Assembly: GCA_046160785.1 (NCBI GenBank)
Contig: JBJXHE010000076.1
Span: 8,220-72,219, forward strand
From: Planctomycetota bacterium
GTDB taxonomy: Bacteria > Planctomycetota > UBA1135 > JACQFD01
Direction of reading: 5' to 3'
DNA length: 64,000 nucleotides
Below, one piece after another: positions 48,988 through 58,010 of this stretch. Position 1 is the stretch's first letter. Each line of letters begins with the position of its first letter. Position numbers and translations under genes: made by a program. The notes under the pieces are model-generated. The model searched no databases and had not been told where the DNA came from. It worked only from the letters and a program-made list of their open reading frames with translations.

Positions 48988-51570
48988 CTACTGACGCCAA
49001 GCTTCGTTTTGTTTATATTCGTCGCCGATGCCGAAATTCTGCGTCCAGTATTGAGCAGACACGCCGATGCCAAATTCGGTGTGGCCCGGCATTAACATAT
49101 TTCGATGGTGGCCGCTCGAATGAGCCCAGCCCATGAACGCGCCGCCCGCGCCGCTCGCAAATGCACAATTCTCGCTGATGCCCTTTAAGTAGTCTTCAAG
49201 GCGCATGCGGTCGAACGGCGTGCGCGTTTTCGGATCGGTCTGAAAGTGAGAGACCTGGCCCACGTCGGACATCCATTTGGAGTGCTTCTGCGAGGCGCGC
49301 GTGAGTTTATCGTTATATGCTAATAATTTGCGGCCGAACATTTCGCGGTATTGATTGGTGTACTGCGCGCACAGCTCCTCTTCCTTCGTCATTCCCGATT
49401 TTACCATTGCGTTGAACAATACAATTCGGCGATTGTAATCATGAATATTCTTTCGTTCGGCCTGCGACGCGAAAAGGTTGCGCACCGTGAGTTCGGAAAC
49501 CGACGGGTCGAGCGATAAGTACAATTCCGTTTCGTCATTATCATCAATATCAAAAATACGCATCGAGATGCGGCGCGCTTCGATTTCGTGCAGCGCCTTC
49601 AGCGGCGCGGCCGCGGAGCCGAGTGCAATTGATAATTCTGAATTCCAGACTTCCTCGACTGCTTTCACACGCTTCGCAACTTCGGCCTGGACGCCCGGAT
49701 AAAATTTCGCTTTCTCGGGCGGACACTCTGGAACTCGATACGGATAAAAATATTTAACTTCATCAAATATCAAATCGAGCGCGTGCTTGCGCGCGGATTG
49801 TAATTTTACCAATTCGGCGCGGAGCGGTTCGAGTTTTCGCGCGAAGCCGAGTCCGTGGAGGCGTTTTGTTAATTCGGCGCGTTTTTCTTTAATTGCAATC
49901 GCAAACGCATCCGCCGCCTCTTCGCCTAATTTTACTAATTCTTCTGTAAATTGATCGCGTTCGCGCGCGGTTCTTGCGATTTCAATTCGTTCGAGCGTCG
50001 ATTTGATTTTCTCCGCCAATTTGTAGGTTTCGCGCTCCTTGAACGTCACCCATTTTTCGTTAAACCATACAAATCCGTACGCCGGCACATCGATCCCCGA
50101 GCGGCGCGCGAGCACGCGGTTCACGTCGGCGGCGATCGCAGGCTGCTCGTCGACGGCTTCTTTTAACAATTTATCCGACTCTTTAATAATCTTCGCTTTT
50201 GCTAATAATGTCGCGACGCCCAGTTTTTCGTCCAATACTAATGAACCGGCTTTGTCGAGAATCACTTTCCAGGCGGCGGAACTAATCGCGTTCCATTCGA
50301 TCGTCTCGACGCCCGCGGCGGTTTCAAGCACGACGCCGCGCCCCGTACCTGTTAATAATTTTCCGCGGCGCGCCGTTCCGGGATTGAAATCGGAAACCGG
50401 CGCGGCCGCGAGCGCGTTTTGTAATTTTACAATAAACGACGCGATCCGCGACGACTCTACAGTTCGTATCTTAGCTTCGATCTTTGCAGTTTCCGAAACG
50501 GCGGCCTTGAACGCCCGTTCATACAATTCCGCCGCGGCCGTGAATTCGCCCGCCGAAAACGCGGTGTCGGCTTGCCCGAACAATTCCTCGACGGCCGGCT
50601 CGGCCAGATAATTGTTATTAATAAGATTCGGCTCGGGCGGATTTGTAGGAATCGTGCGCGGGTTGCGATTCACCACGTCCGTGAGCGAGAGGTCGCGCGC
50701 GCGGCCGTATCCTAATAATACCGATTCTAAGTTTGTCTTGAGTTCCGCCGACATCGCGCCCGGCGGAAAATCGTCGAGGCGCGAATATAACTTTTCGAGC
50801 GCTTCTTCATTACTACCAATCGCCGAATCCGCCGCCGTAACGAGAGCCGCGAGCTCTCGGCTCGCGGCATAATTAATTTCTTCGATTCGTTCGCGCAGAA
50901 AATCGCGCTCGTGCGGCGATATTTCATTTCCGGACATTGTTAATACTTCAACTGCCTGCTGAAAGTGTCCGCGGCTCAACTCGAATGCTGCAAATTCGAT
51001 CGCGTCTTTAACTTTCGGCGACGGCGCGAGCGCTTGTTTCTTTTTTAAACTATCCTCGGGCGGCTTTTCATCAATATAACGTTTCGCGGGCTTAGGGTCG
51101 GGTGGCTCCATCACGCCTTGCCGCGGAACGTTAGGATTCACCGGCGGCGGCTTCGGCGCATTCGCGTAAATAGTATCAAGCTGTTTTAGCGCCTTGTCGG
51201 CCTCGTTTCTTACATTTCGGTCGAGCGTCGACTTTCGTATCGATTCGAGTCGCGAAGTTGTATTCTCGCGGCCATCGTCGTACGCGTGGCTAACTGTATA
51301 TTTAATATCAGCGAGTTCCGTCTCCGCCTTCTTCTGCCGCTCGTCGATGAGGTTAATAAATTGATATTTTTCGCTATTGTTAGAATCGAACGCAAGCGTC
51401 TTCGCCTTCGCGTAATTCCCGTCGTCGAGCGCGAGCCGCGCTTCATCGAGCGACGCCGAGCCTCGCTTCGAACATGCTATAAAACCGAAACTCAGAATGA
51501 ATATCAGTAGTAATGGATGAAACGCGAACGCACGGGTTCGCCGGCCGATTGCAATTTGCGTCACTGGCAT
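48988..51570 (-). CDS. large lipoprotein with a C-terminal CAP/SCP (YkwD-like) domain
   Basis: Internal ATG at 51570 gives ...LLLIFILSFGFIAC (lipobox). About 700 aa of helical region. C-terminal GWAHSSGHHRNMLMPGHTEFGIGV...YWTQNFG is CAP-like. The ORF-track start at 51894 overlaps the divergent gene. Confidence 0.65.
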   Translation of the reverse strand: MPVTQIAIGRRTRAFAFHPLLLIFILSFGFIACSKRGSASLDEARLALDDGNYAKAKTLAFDSNNSEKYQFINLIDERQKKAETELADIKYTVSHAYDDGRENTTSRLESIRKSTLDRNVRNEADKALKQLDTIYANAPKPPPVNPNVPRQGVMEPPDPKPAKRYIDEKPPEDSLKKKQALAPSPKVKDAIEFAAFELSRGHFQQAVEVLTMSGNEISPHERDFLRERIEEINYAASRELAALVTAADSAIGSNEEALEKLYSRLDDFPPGAMSAELKTNLESVLLGYGRARDLSLTDVVNRNPRTIPTNPPEPNLINNNYLAEPAVEELFGQADTAFSAGEFTAAAELYERAFKAAVSETAKIEAKIRTVESSRIASFIVKLQNALAAAPVSDFNPGTARRGKLLTGTGRGVVLETAAGVETIEWNAISSAAWKVILDKAGSLVLDEKLGVATLLAKAKIIKESDKLLKEAVDEQPAIAADVNRVLARRSGIDVPAYGFVWFNEKWVTFKERETYKLAEKIKSTLERIEIARTARERDQFTEELVKLGEEAADAFAIAIKEKRAELTKRLHGLGFARKLEPLRAELVKLQSARKHALDLIFDEVKYFYPYRVPECPPEKAKFYPGVQAEVAKRVKAVEEVWNSELSIALGSAAAPLKALHEIEARRISMRIFDIDDNDETELYLSLDPSVSELTVRNLFASQAERKNIHDYNRRIVLFNAMVKSGMTKEEELCAQYTNQYREMFGRKLLAYNDKLTRASQKHSKWMSDVGQVSHFQTDPKTRTPFDRMRLEDYLKGISENCAFASGAGGAFMGWAHSSGHHRNMLMPGHTEFGIGVSAQYWTQNFGIGDEYKQNEAWRQ

Positions 51571-51692
51571 CGTGTTCAAAAAAATAGTAGTCGTCAGACT
51601 GCGAAGGTTGATTTCGAGAACCGGGTCGGGTGGAGTGAATTTCTTTTTGTAACCCCCTAGGGCGCCGAACGAAAGACGTAACCATTCCGCCG

Positions 51693-53498
51693 ATGACAAT
51701 TCGACAGCCGTTACCCGCGATTGCGGCGTGCGCAGTTGTAGTGACTGCGCTCGCGGGATTTCTCGGGAACTACGGATTTCACCCCGAGGAAGCGCGATAC
51801 GCGGAGATCGCGCGCGAAATGCTAACGAGCGGCGACTGGCTGCGGCCGCGGCTGAATGGCGCGCTTTACTTCGAAAAACCGCCGCTCGCGCCATGGCTCG
51901 GCGCGTTTTTATTACAACTATTTCCGCAGTCGCCTGAATGGGCGCTGCGGCCGGTGACGGCCGCGTCTGGATTATTAGCGATCGGATCGTTAGCGTATTT
52001 TTGTTATAAAACCGCCGGGCGCGCGTCCGCGATCGCCGCCGCGCTTTTGTTAGCTACAATTCCGCTCGCGACCGCGTTTTCGCGAACGTTTGCGACCGAC
52101 GGCCTCTTTTACGGATTACTCACTTTCGCGCTCGCGATGCTCGGAGTCGAAACGCTACAAAAACGCGCGCGCGCCATTCCGTTATTATTAGCGGGCGCGG
52201 CGCTCGGCCTTGCCTCGCTCGCGCGCAGCCCTATTGTAGCCTTCGCGATTTACGGGCCGGTCGCGTGCTTCGCCGCGCTCGAGCACGCCGGGTGGCGGCC
52301 GCGGCAAAATTTCGGAGCCGCGCTGCGTTTTATTATAATATCAATTGCGCTGCCAGCCGCCGCGGCGGCCGCGATCGCGGGGCCGTGGTTTTATCAAATC
52401 CAAAGAGCGGAGCCAGCGTTTTTTGATGACTTTTTTGTTAAACATCATTTCGGCCGCATTGATGCTCCCGAAAACGAAAAGGCGCTGCACCGCGAGCCAT
52501 TCTGGTTTTATTTACCGGCGCTGCTCGGCGCGCTCGGACCGCTCGCGCTCGCGTTTTTGTATAGTTGCGTTTCGCTGCGCTCAAAAATATTCAACTGGAG
52601 CGGAGGCGCGGAATCGAAGCATCTTCGTTTCGCGGCGTTCGCGACGGCCTGGATTTTTGTATTATTTACAATACTTTCGGGCAAGCGCTCGCCGTACATT
52701 CTCCCGGCGCTTCCGTGGTGCGCCGTATTGTTAGCTTCAACCGCGTGCGCCGCGATCGTCGATCGAAAGGTAAGCCGAATGTTAGCGATTTGCCTGCTGC
52801 CGGCGTGCGCGGCCGCAGTGGCCGTTTTCGTATTGTTAAATTTAATGACAACGGGCCTCGATCCGGCTTTTCCAATCGCAGTGCGCGGGTTGTTTCTGGC
52901 AGCGGCGCTCGGTGCGACCGCATGGCCGGCATTCGAACTCTGGCGCGGGCGCACGGTCATCGCGGGATATATCTATTCCGGATTTGTAGCCATTTTGTTT
53001 TGTATTCTTTCGATCCAATTGCAACGTTTGGAGCGCGTCGAAGAATTGACTATAAATATCGGATCGAAAGCACGGGAATTCGACCTGTCGGACTCCGGAC
53101 AAAAAATGTTAGCCAACGAAATCGCCGCGCGCGCGGGAGCCGGCGACATCATTGCACAGCACGGCCGCTTCCGGCACGCCCTCAATTTTTATACAAATCG
53201 CCGCACGATGATTTTCGGTTCGCTCGGAGAATTAGCGTTTGGCTACGAGCGGAACCTTGCCAAATCCACAGGAGGCGATCCGTCAATCCCGCCGAGATAT
53301 AAAGAAAAAGAATTCTTACCATTTCTCACGGGCAAGCAGCGTCTTTTCGCGATCGGCTCGTGGAACGATTTTTTTGATACTCCGCCTCGCGCGGATCCCG
53401 CGCTCGCGCAACTTTGCACAAAAAATCATAACAACGCTTTTGTTTACGTTCTCGCGCGGCGTGGCGGCCTGATCGCGTTTACGAATCGCGCCCCGTAG
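51693..53498 (+). CDS. ArnT/PMT-family (GT-C) lipid-linked glycosyltransferase
   Basis: EARYAEIAREMLTSGDWLRPRLNGALYFEKPPLAPWL is the typical first periplasmic loop of this family. More than 10 TM segments plus a soluble C-terminal domain. Confidence 0.8.
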   Translation: MTIRQPLPAIAACAVVVTALAGFLGNYGFHPEEARYAEIAREMLTSGDWLRPRLNGALYFEKPPLAPWLGAFLLQLFPQSPEWALRPVTAASGLLAIGSLAYFCYKTAGRASAIAAALLLATIPLATAFSRTFATDGLFYGLLTFALAMLGVETLQKRARAIPLLLAGAALGLASLARSPIVAFAIYGPVACFAALEHAGWRPRQNFGAALRFIIISIALPAAAAAAIAGPWFYQIQRAEPAFFDDFFVKHHFGRIDAPENEKALHREPFWFYLPALLGALGPLALAFLYSCVSLRSKIFNWSGGAESKHLRFAAFATAWIFVLFTILSGKRSPYILPALPWCAVLLASTACAAIVDRKVSRMLAICLLPACAAAVAVFVLLNLMTTGLDPAFPIAVRGLFLAAALGATAWPAFELWRGRTVIAGYIYSGFVAILFCILSIQLQRLERVEELTINIGSKAREFDLSDSGQKMLANEIAARAGAGDIIAQHGRFRHALNFYTNRRTMIFGSLGELAFGYERNLAKSTGGDPSIPPRYKEKEFLPFLTGKQRLFAIGSWNDFFDTPPRADPALAQLCTKNHNNAFVYVLARRGGLIAFTNRAP

Positions 53499-53532
53499 GA
53501 ATACGCGATCGAATAGATAGATTCCGGAAAGT

Positions 53533-54282
53533 TTATTTTAACGCTAACATCGCGCGAATCTCGGCGGTCGACGGCCGCACCGCTTCCGCTGCCATCGACG
53601 AAAACATATTACAAATGTGATCGGCCTCGTGCGAATCGTAAATCCACGTCACGCGCGTGCGGCGAAGATCATATTTCTTTTGCCAGACAATTTTAGCTTC
53701 GCGCCGATCTAACAATTCAACTTCGAATTGCAGCGTGCAACGCAGTGTTCCCTCGGGAAACGCCACGAAATGTAACAACATCGAAAACGCCGAAACGCCG
53801 TACGTTAAGTAGCCTTCGGAAACGTGGCTATCAAAAAGGCGGCCGCGCAGCTCGTACCGCGAGCCGTGCGACGACGACGCGCCCGTTCTTGAATCATGAG
53901 ACGGGCTCGAATCATAATAATGAACCGACTTAAAGATTCCTTGCCCCTCGATTTCTGTAGCAAATGCGCGCGCGAGATCCGCGACGGGCTCGAATCCATT
54001 CAGGTTTTTTGAATCATCAAAATACGTGCGCTCGGGAAGATCACGAAACGACGTTGCGAACGGAATCAGCGGAATCAGCGCAAGATTTTTAAGATTATGA
54101 TTGAGCGGCTTTTTTCCGCGCAAGTCCTCAAACGTTAATATCGCAACCGAATCATTACAAATCGGTTCGCCCGTGATCCGCGGCGACGGCTGAAAGTTAA
54201 ACACCGTGCGGCTCGCGCACGAAGCGAGCGGCGCCGCGATCAGTAAACTAATGACGAATACTTTATATTTAATTGCGGACAT
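53533..54282 (-). CDS. hypothetical lipoprotein
   Basis: Lipobox PLASC after a hydrophobic N-terminus. Overlaps the upstream sigma-54 activator gene by 14 nt. Confidence 0.5.
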   Translation of the reverse strand: MSAIKYKVFVISLLIAAPLASCASRTVFNFQPSPRITGEPICNDSVAILTFEDLRGKKPLNHNLKNLALIPLIPFATSFRDLPERTYFDDSKNLNGFEPVADLARAFATEIEGQGIFKSVHYYDSSPSHDSRTGASSSHGSRYELRGRLFDSHVSEGYLTYGVSAFSMLLHFVAFPEGTLRCTLQFEVELLDRREAKIVWQKKYDLRRTRVTWIYDSHEADHICNMFSSMAAEAVRPSTAEIRAMLALK

Positions 54283-55210
54283 CGACGCTCAAGTCTCCAA
54301 AATCAATGGTATCATCGCAGAGCGCGACGCCGCGACGGATTTCGTTTTCCAGCTCGCGCACATTTCCGGGCCAGCGGTGTTTTTGTAATACTTTCATGGC
54401 AGCGGGTGTAACGGTTAATTCACGATTTGTTTCAATCGCGGCTTTTCTTAAGAAGTGGTCGACGAGAAGAGGAATATCTTCTTTTCGTTCGCGCAACGGC
54501 GGAAGGTAGATGGTTATAACATTTAAACGAAAATATAAATCTTCGCGGAAAAGTTTCTTTCCTACTAATTCGCGCAGATCTTTATTGCTCGCCGCGATGA
54601 CGCGAACGTCGACGTGAATCGCTTTGTCGCCGCCCACCGCGCGCACTTCGCCGTCTTGCAATACTCGCAATAATTTTGTTTGCATTGCGGCCGACATGTC
54701 TCCGATTTCATCTAAAAAAATCGAGCCTTTGTCCGCCGTTTCGAAGTGTCCTTTTCGATCGACGACTGCGCCCGTGAACGCGCCCTTTTTGTGTCCAAAC
54801 AACTCGCTTTCTAACAATGTCTCGGGAATCGCGGCGCAGTTATCGCTAACAAACGGTTTGCCATGGCGCGGGCCGTATTTGTGTAATGCGCGCGCGACGA
54901 GTTCCTTGCCCGTGCCGCTCTCGCCTTGTATCAAAACGGGATAGCTGCTCGGGAGAACTTTAGAAATTAACTCATAAACTTTCTTCATCGGGCCGGACGT
55001 TCCAACAATATCATATTCCCCCTGTTTGCCAGTTGAGCCGGGCCGCAGCTCGCCGCGCTTGATTTCGGAACGTAACAAATCGAGAGCCTGATGTTCGTTA
55101 AACGCGTCGCGAATCGTCTTGGCACAGGCCGAGAGCGCATCGCGGCCCTGCGCGGCGCCGCGCTGAATCAAATCTTTTATTTGTAATAATTCGTCGTCGA
55201 AGCCAGTCAA
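54269..55210 (-). CDS. sigma-54-dependent AAA+ activator (bEBP) lacking receiver and HTH domains
   Basis: Walker A GESGTGKE, sigma-54 contact loop GAFTGA, Walker B FLDEIGDM, WPGNVRELEN near the C-terminus. About 75-aa helical N-terminus; the protein ends ~25 aa after GNVREL. Confidence 0.85.
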   Translation of the reverse strand: MTGFDDELLQIKDLIQRGAAQGRDALSACAKTIRDAFNEHQALDLLRSEIKRGELRPGSTGKQGEYDIVGTSGPMKKVYELISKVLPSSYPVLIQGESGTGKELVARALHKYGPRHGKPFVSDNCAAIPETLLESELFGHKKGAFTGAVVDRKGHFETADKGSIFLDEIGDMSAAMQTKLLRVLQDGEVRAVGGDKAIHVDVRVIAASNKDLRELVGKKLFREDLYFRLNVITIYLPPLRERKEDIPLLVDHFLRKAAIETNRELTVTPAAMKVLQKHRWPGNVRELENEIRRGVALCDDTIDFGDLSVDVRN

Positions 55211-55258
55211 TTTATGATCATTCCTTTTTATTTTCGAGTGTCGTGTCTATTGCTAAAA

Positions 55259-57511
55259 TTAAACGAGTTCAAGCCGCGCGTATTGTAATAATAACTGTTT
55301 CTCGCCCGCGCCGCGAAAATGAACGACCGCGCGCGTGTTCACGCCGCTGCCGCGCAATTCCACGACGCGGCCTTCGCCGAATTGTGCATGGCGAACGCGC
55401 GCACCCGCCTTGAATTTTTGTAGTGAAGAATTCGCCGGCGGCGCTTCGGGCAGCTCGGGCGCCACCTGCGACGCGTCGTGCGCGAAATCTGTAGTATTTT
55501 CGTATTCATAACGATCAAAGTTAGAATGCAACTTTGAATTGTGAGTTTCGCGCCAGTTTAATACTTCGCGCGGAATCTCGTCGAGAAATCTCGAATGATC
55601 GGTTTCTATATATAACGGCCCGTTCGCTCCGAATTGTGAACGATGGCGCGCGCGCGACAAAAAGAGGCGCTCCATCGAGCGCGTAATTCCTACATAAAAA
55701 AGCCGGCGCTCCTCTTCGACGCCGCCCGCTTCGTCGATGGAACGCCGGTGCGGAATCAGCCCTTCCTCGACGCCCACAATAAATACAATTGGGAATTCGA
55801 GCCCCTTCGCGGAGTGCAGCGTCATTAATGTTACATAATCGGTTTTGTTATCAAGCTTGTCGGTATCGGATACTAACGCTACTTCGGACAGAAATCCGCG
55901 CACGCCGCCTTCGGAATTGCGAGTATCAAATTCACGGCCCGCGACGACGAGCTCTCGAATATTTTCGACGCGGTCCGCATCGCCCGATTCGCCGAGATCG
56001 CCGCAGTATTGTTCATATTGCGTCGCGCGGATAATCGCTTCGAGCGCGGCTTCGGCGCCGCCGTCGACTTTTTGTTGTAACGATTCGAGCAATTGTACAA
56101 ATGCTTCGAGCGAACGGCGCGGCCGCGACGGCAAGAGCGCTCGAACGCTACTATTCTGCGCGGCTACGAGCAGCGGCGTCATTCGGCGCGACGCCTCGTC
56201 GCGCAGTTTTTGTAACGATGCGTCGCCGAAGCCGCGCCCCGGAACATTAACAACGCGTTCGAACGCGACGTCGTCGTTCGGGTTCACTAACAATCTTAAA
56301 TAGGCAATAATATCTTTAATTTCACGGCGCTCGAAGAATTCGACGCCCGACGCGATACGGTACGGCGTCCCCGTCTCGCGCAGCACTTTTTCGAGAGCGC
56401 GCTGTAGAAAATTAGCACGATAAAAGATGGCCATGTCGCCGAGCCGCGCGACGCCGCCGGTTTTGTTGATATATACACTTTTGCCGAAAAGCTCGCGAAT
56501 TCGCGAGACGACCATGCGCGCTTCGTCGAGTTCGTTTTCACATTCTAATACTTCAATTTTCTCCCCTTCCGGCGCGAACGATTTTAATAATTTAGCTTTT
56601 CGCTGGGTGTTGTGCTCAATCACGCCCTGCGCCGCAGTTAATATATTGCGCTTCGATCGATAATTTGTTTCCAGCCTAACTACTTTTACAGGCGCATAGT
56701 CGCGTTCGAAATCGAGAATGTTGCGAATGTCGGCGCCGCGCCACGCGTAAATGCTTTGATCCGGATCGCCGCAAATACAAAGGTTGTTATGGATCTTCGC
56801 AAGCGCATTCGTAATTTTATATTGCAACCGATTTGTATCTTGATATTCGTCGACAAGCACGTGTTCGAATTTGTTTGCGTAACGCTCCGCGATCTCGGGC
56901 CGCGTTTCGAATACTTCCATTAATTTTAATAATAAATCGTCGAAGTCGAGCGCCTGGTTTTGTTGCATTCGCTCGGCGTACGCCTTCTCGATTCTTGCAA
57001 ATACGGGATCGATGTAATCTAGGAGTGGATCGGGATCACCCGGCTTCAAGCCGCGGTTCTTGCGCGCGGAAATTTGGTGGGCGATCGAACCCGGTTTATA
57101 CAATTCGTCGTCGAGCGAAAGATCGCGAATCACGCCGCGCAGCGCCTGCGCGCGATCGTAAGTATCATAAATTGTAAAATCCGATTTATAACCAATCGCG
57201 GCGGCTTCGCGGCGCAGAATGCGAGTCGCCATCGAATGAAACGTTGAAATCCACAAATCCGTCCGCGGCACGAATTGTTGCACGCGATCCTTCATCTCGC
57301 GCGCCGCTTTGTTAGTAAACGTGATCGCTACAATTCGCAGCGGATCGACGCGGCGTTCCAGAATTAAATATGCTAATCGCCGCGTGATCACGCGCGTCTT
57401 CCCCGAACCCGCGCCCGCCAGAATCAAAAGCGGACCGCCCTCGTGCAGCACGGCGTCGCGCTGCTCGTCGTTCAAATCGGACAGAAGTGGGTTTTCTATT
57501 GGTTGCGTCAC
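55259..57511 (-). CDS. ATP-dependent DNA helicase UvrD/PcrA (SF1)
   Basis: Motif I AGAGSGKT, II VDEYQDTN, III CGDPDQSIYAWRGA, V/VI LMTLHSAKGLEFP...RRLFYVGITR. Confidence 0.92.
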   Translation of the reverse strand: MTQPIENPLLSDLNDEQRDAVLHEGGPLLILAGAGSGKTRVITRRLAYLILERRVDPLRIVAITFTNKAAREMKDRVQQFVPRTDLWISTFHSMATRILRREAAAIGYKSDFTIYDTYDRAQALRGVIRDLSLDDELYKPGSIAHQISARKNRGLKPGDPDPLLDYIDPVFARIEKAYAERMQQNQALDFDDLLLKLMEVFETRPEIAERYANKFEHVLVDEYQDTNRLQYKITNALAKIHNNLCICGDPDQSIYAWRGADIRNILDFERDYAPVKVVRLETNYRSKRNILTAAQGVIEHNTQRKAKLLKSFAPEGEKIEVLECENELDEARMVVSRIRELFGKSVYINKTGGVARLGDMAIFYRANFLQRALEKVLRETGTPYRIASGVEFFERREIKDIIAYLRLLVNPNDDVAFERVVNVPGRGFGDASLQKLRDEASRRMTPLLVAAQNSSVRALLPSRPRRSLEAFVQLLESLQQKVDGGAEAALEAIIRATQYEQYCGDLGESGDADRVENIRELVVAGREFDTRNSEGGVRGFLSEVALVSDTDKLDNKTDYVTLMTLHSAKGLEFPIVFIVGVEEGLIPHRRSIDEAGGVEEERRLFYVGITRSMERLFLSRARHRSQFGANGPLYIETDHSRFLDEIPREVLNWRETHNSKLHSNFDRYEYENTTDFAHDASQVAPELPEAPPANSSLQKFKAGARVRHAQFGEGRVVELRGSGVNTRAVVHFRGAGEKQLLLQYARLELV

Positions 57512-57626
57512 GGGCGAATTGCAAACACTAACAATTTTTCAATGCTTCGAACACTGCGCGCGCGAAACGCCAAGCGGCTCACGGAAATTTCTCGAAAACT
57601 ACCAATCCAATGCGGACACTTGCGGC

Positions 57627-58010
57627 GTGATTGTTTCAATCGGCACCGACCTCATGGAGGTTCCGCGCATGCGCAGCGCGCTCGAGCGGCTCGGCGCGAG
57701 GTTTGAGCGGCGGATTTTTACGGCCGCCGAATCCGCCTATTGCCGCAAACGCTACAATTTCGCCGAGTCATTCGCCGCGCGTTTCGCTGCAAAAGAAGCC
57801 GTGATGAAAGCTCTCGGGACGGGATGGCGGAGCGGCGTACGGTGGGTGGATATTGAATTATCGCGCGCGCCCGGGCAGGCGCCCACGATATTGTTACATG
57901 GCGCGGCGGCCGAGCACGCGAAGCGGCTCAAGATACAAAAGTTTTTATTAACGTTGACGCATACGTCCGAACTCGCGCAGGCGATCGTGCTTGCCGAGAG
58001 CAATGATTAG
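57627..58010 (+). CDS. acpS: holo-[acyl-carrier-protein] synthase
   Basis: (V/M)IVSIGTDLMEVPR...FAARFAAKEAVMKALG...THTSELAQAIVLAE is AcpS-like. In-frame GTG at 57627. The ORF-track start at 57309 lies inside uvrD on the other strand. Confidence 0.85.
   Translation: MIVSIGTDLMEVPRMRSALERLGARFERRIFTAAESAYCRKRYNFAESFAARFAAKEAVMKALGTGWRSGVRWVDIELSRAPGQAPTILLHGAAAEHAKRLKIQKFLLTLTHTSELAQAIVLAESND

Noticed and set aside
51571-51894. 108-aa N-terminal extension of the CAP-domain ORF (track start 51894).
   Set aside because: The extension is Arg/Ala/Ser-rich with no signal peptide and overlaps the divergent ArnT-like gene start (51693). The internal ATG at 51570 is immediately followed by a lipoprotein signal.
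52345-53302. Alternate-frame plus- and minus-strand ORFs (129-245 aa) inside the ArnT-like gene.
   Set aside because: They are Arg/Ser/Pro-rich frame artefacts overlapping a well-supported polytopic glycosyltransferase ORF.
57309-57626. 106-aa N-terminal extension of the acpS ORF.
   Set aside because: It lies antisense within uvrD/pcrA and the spacer. The AcpS homology begins exactly at the in-frame GTG at 57627.
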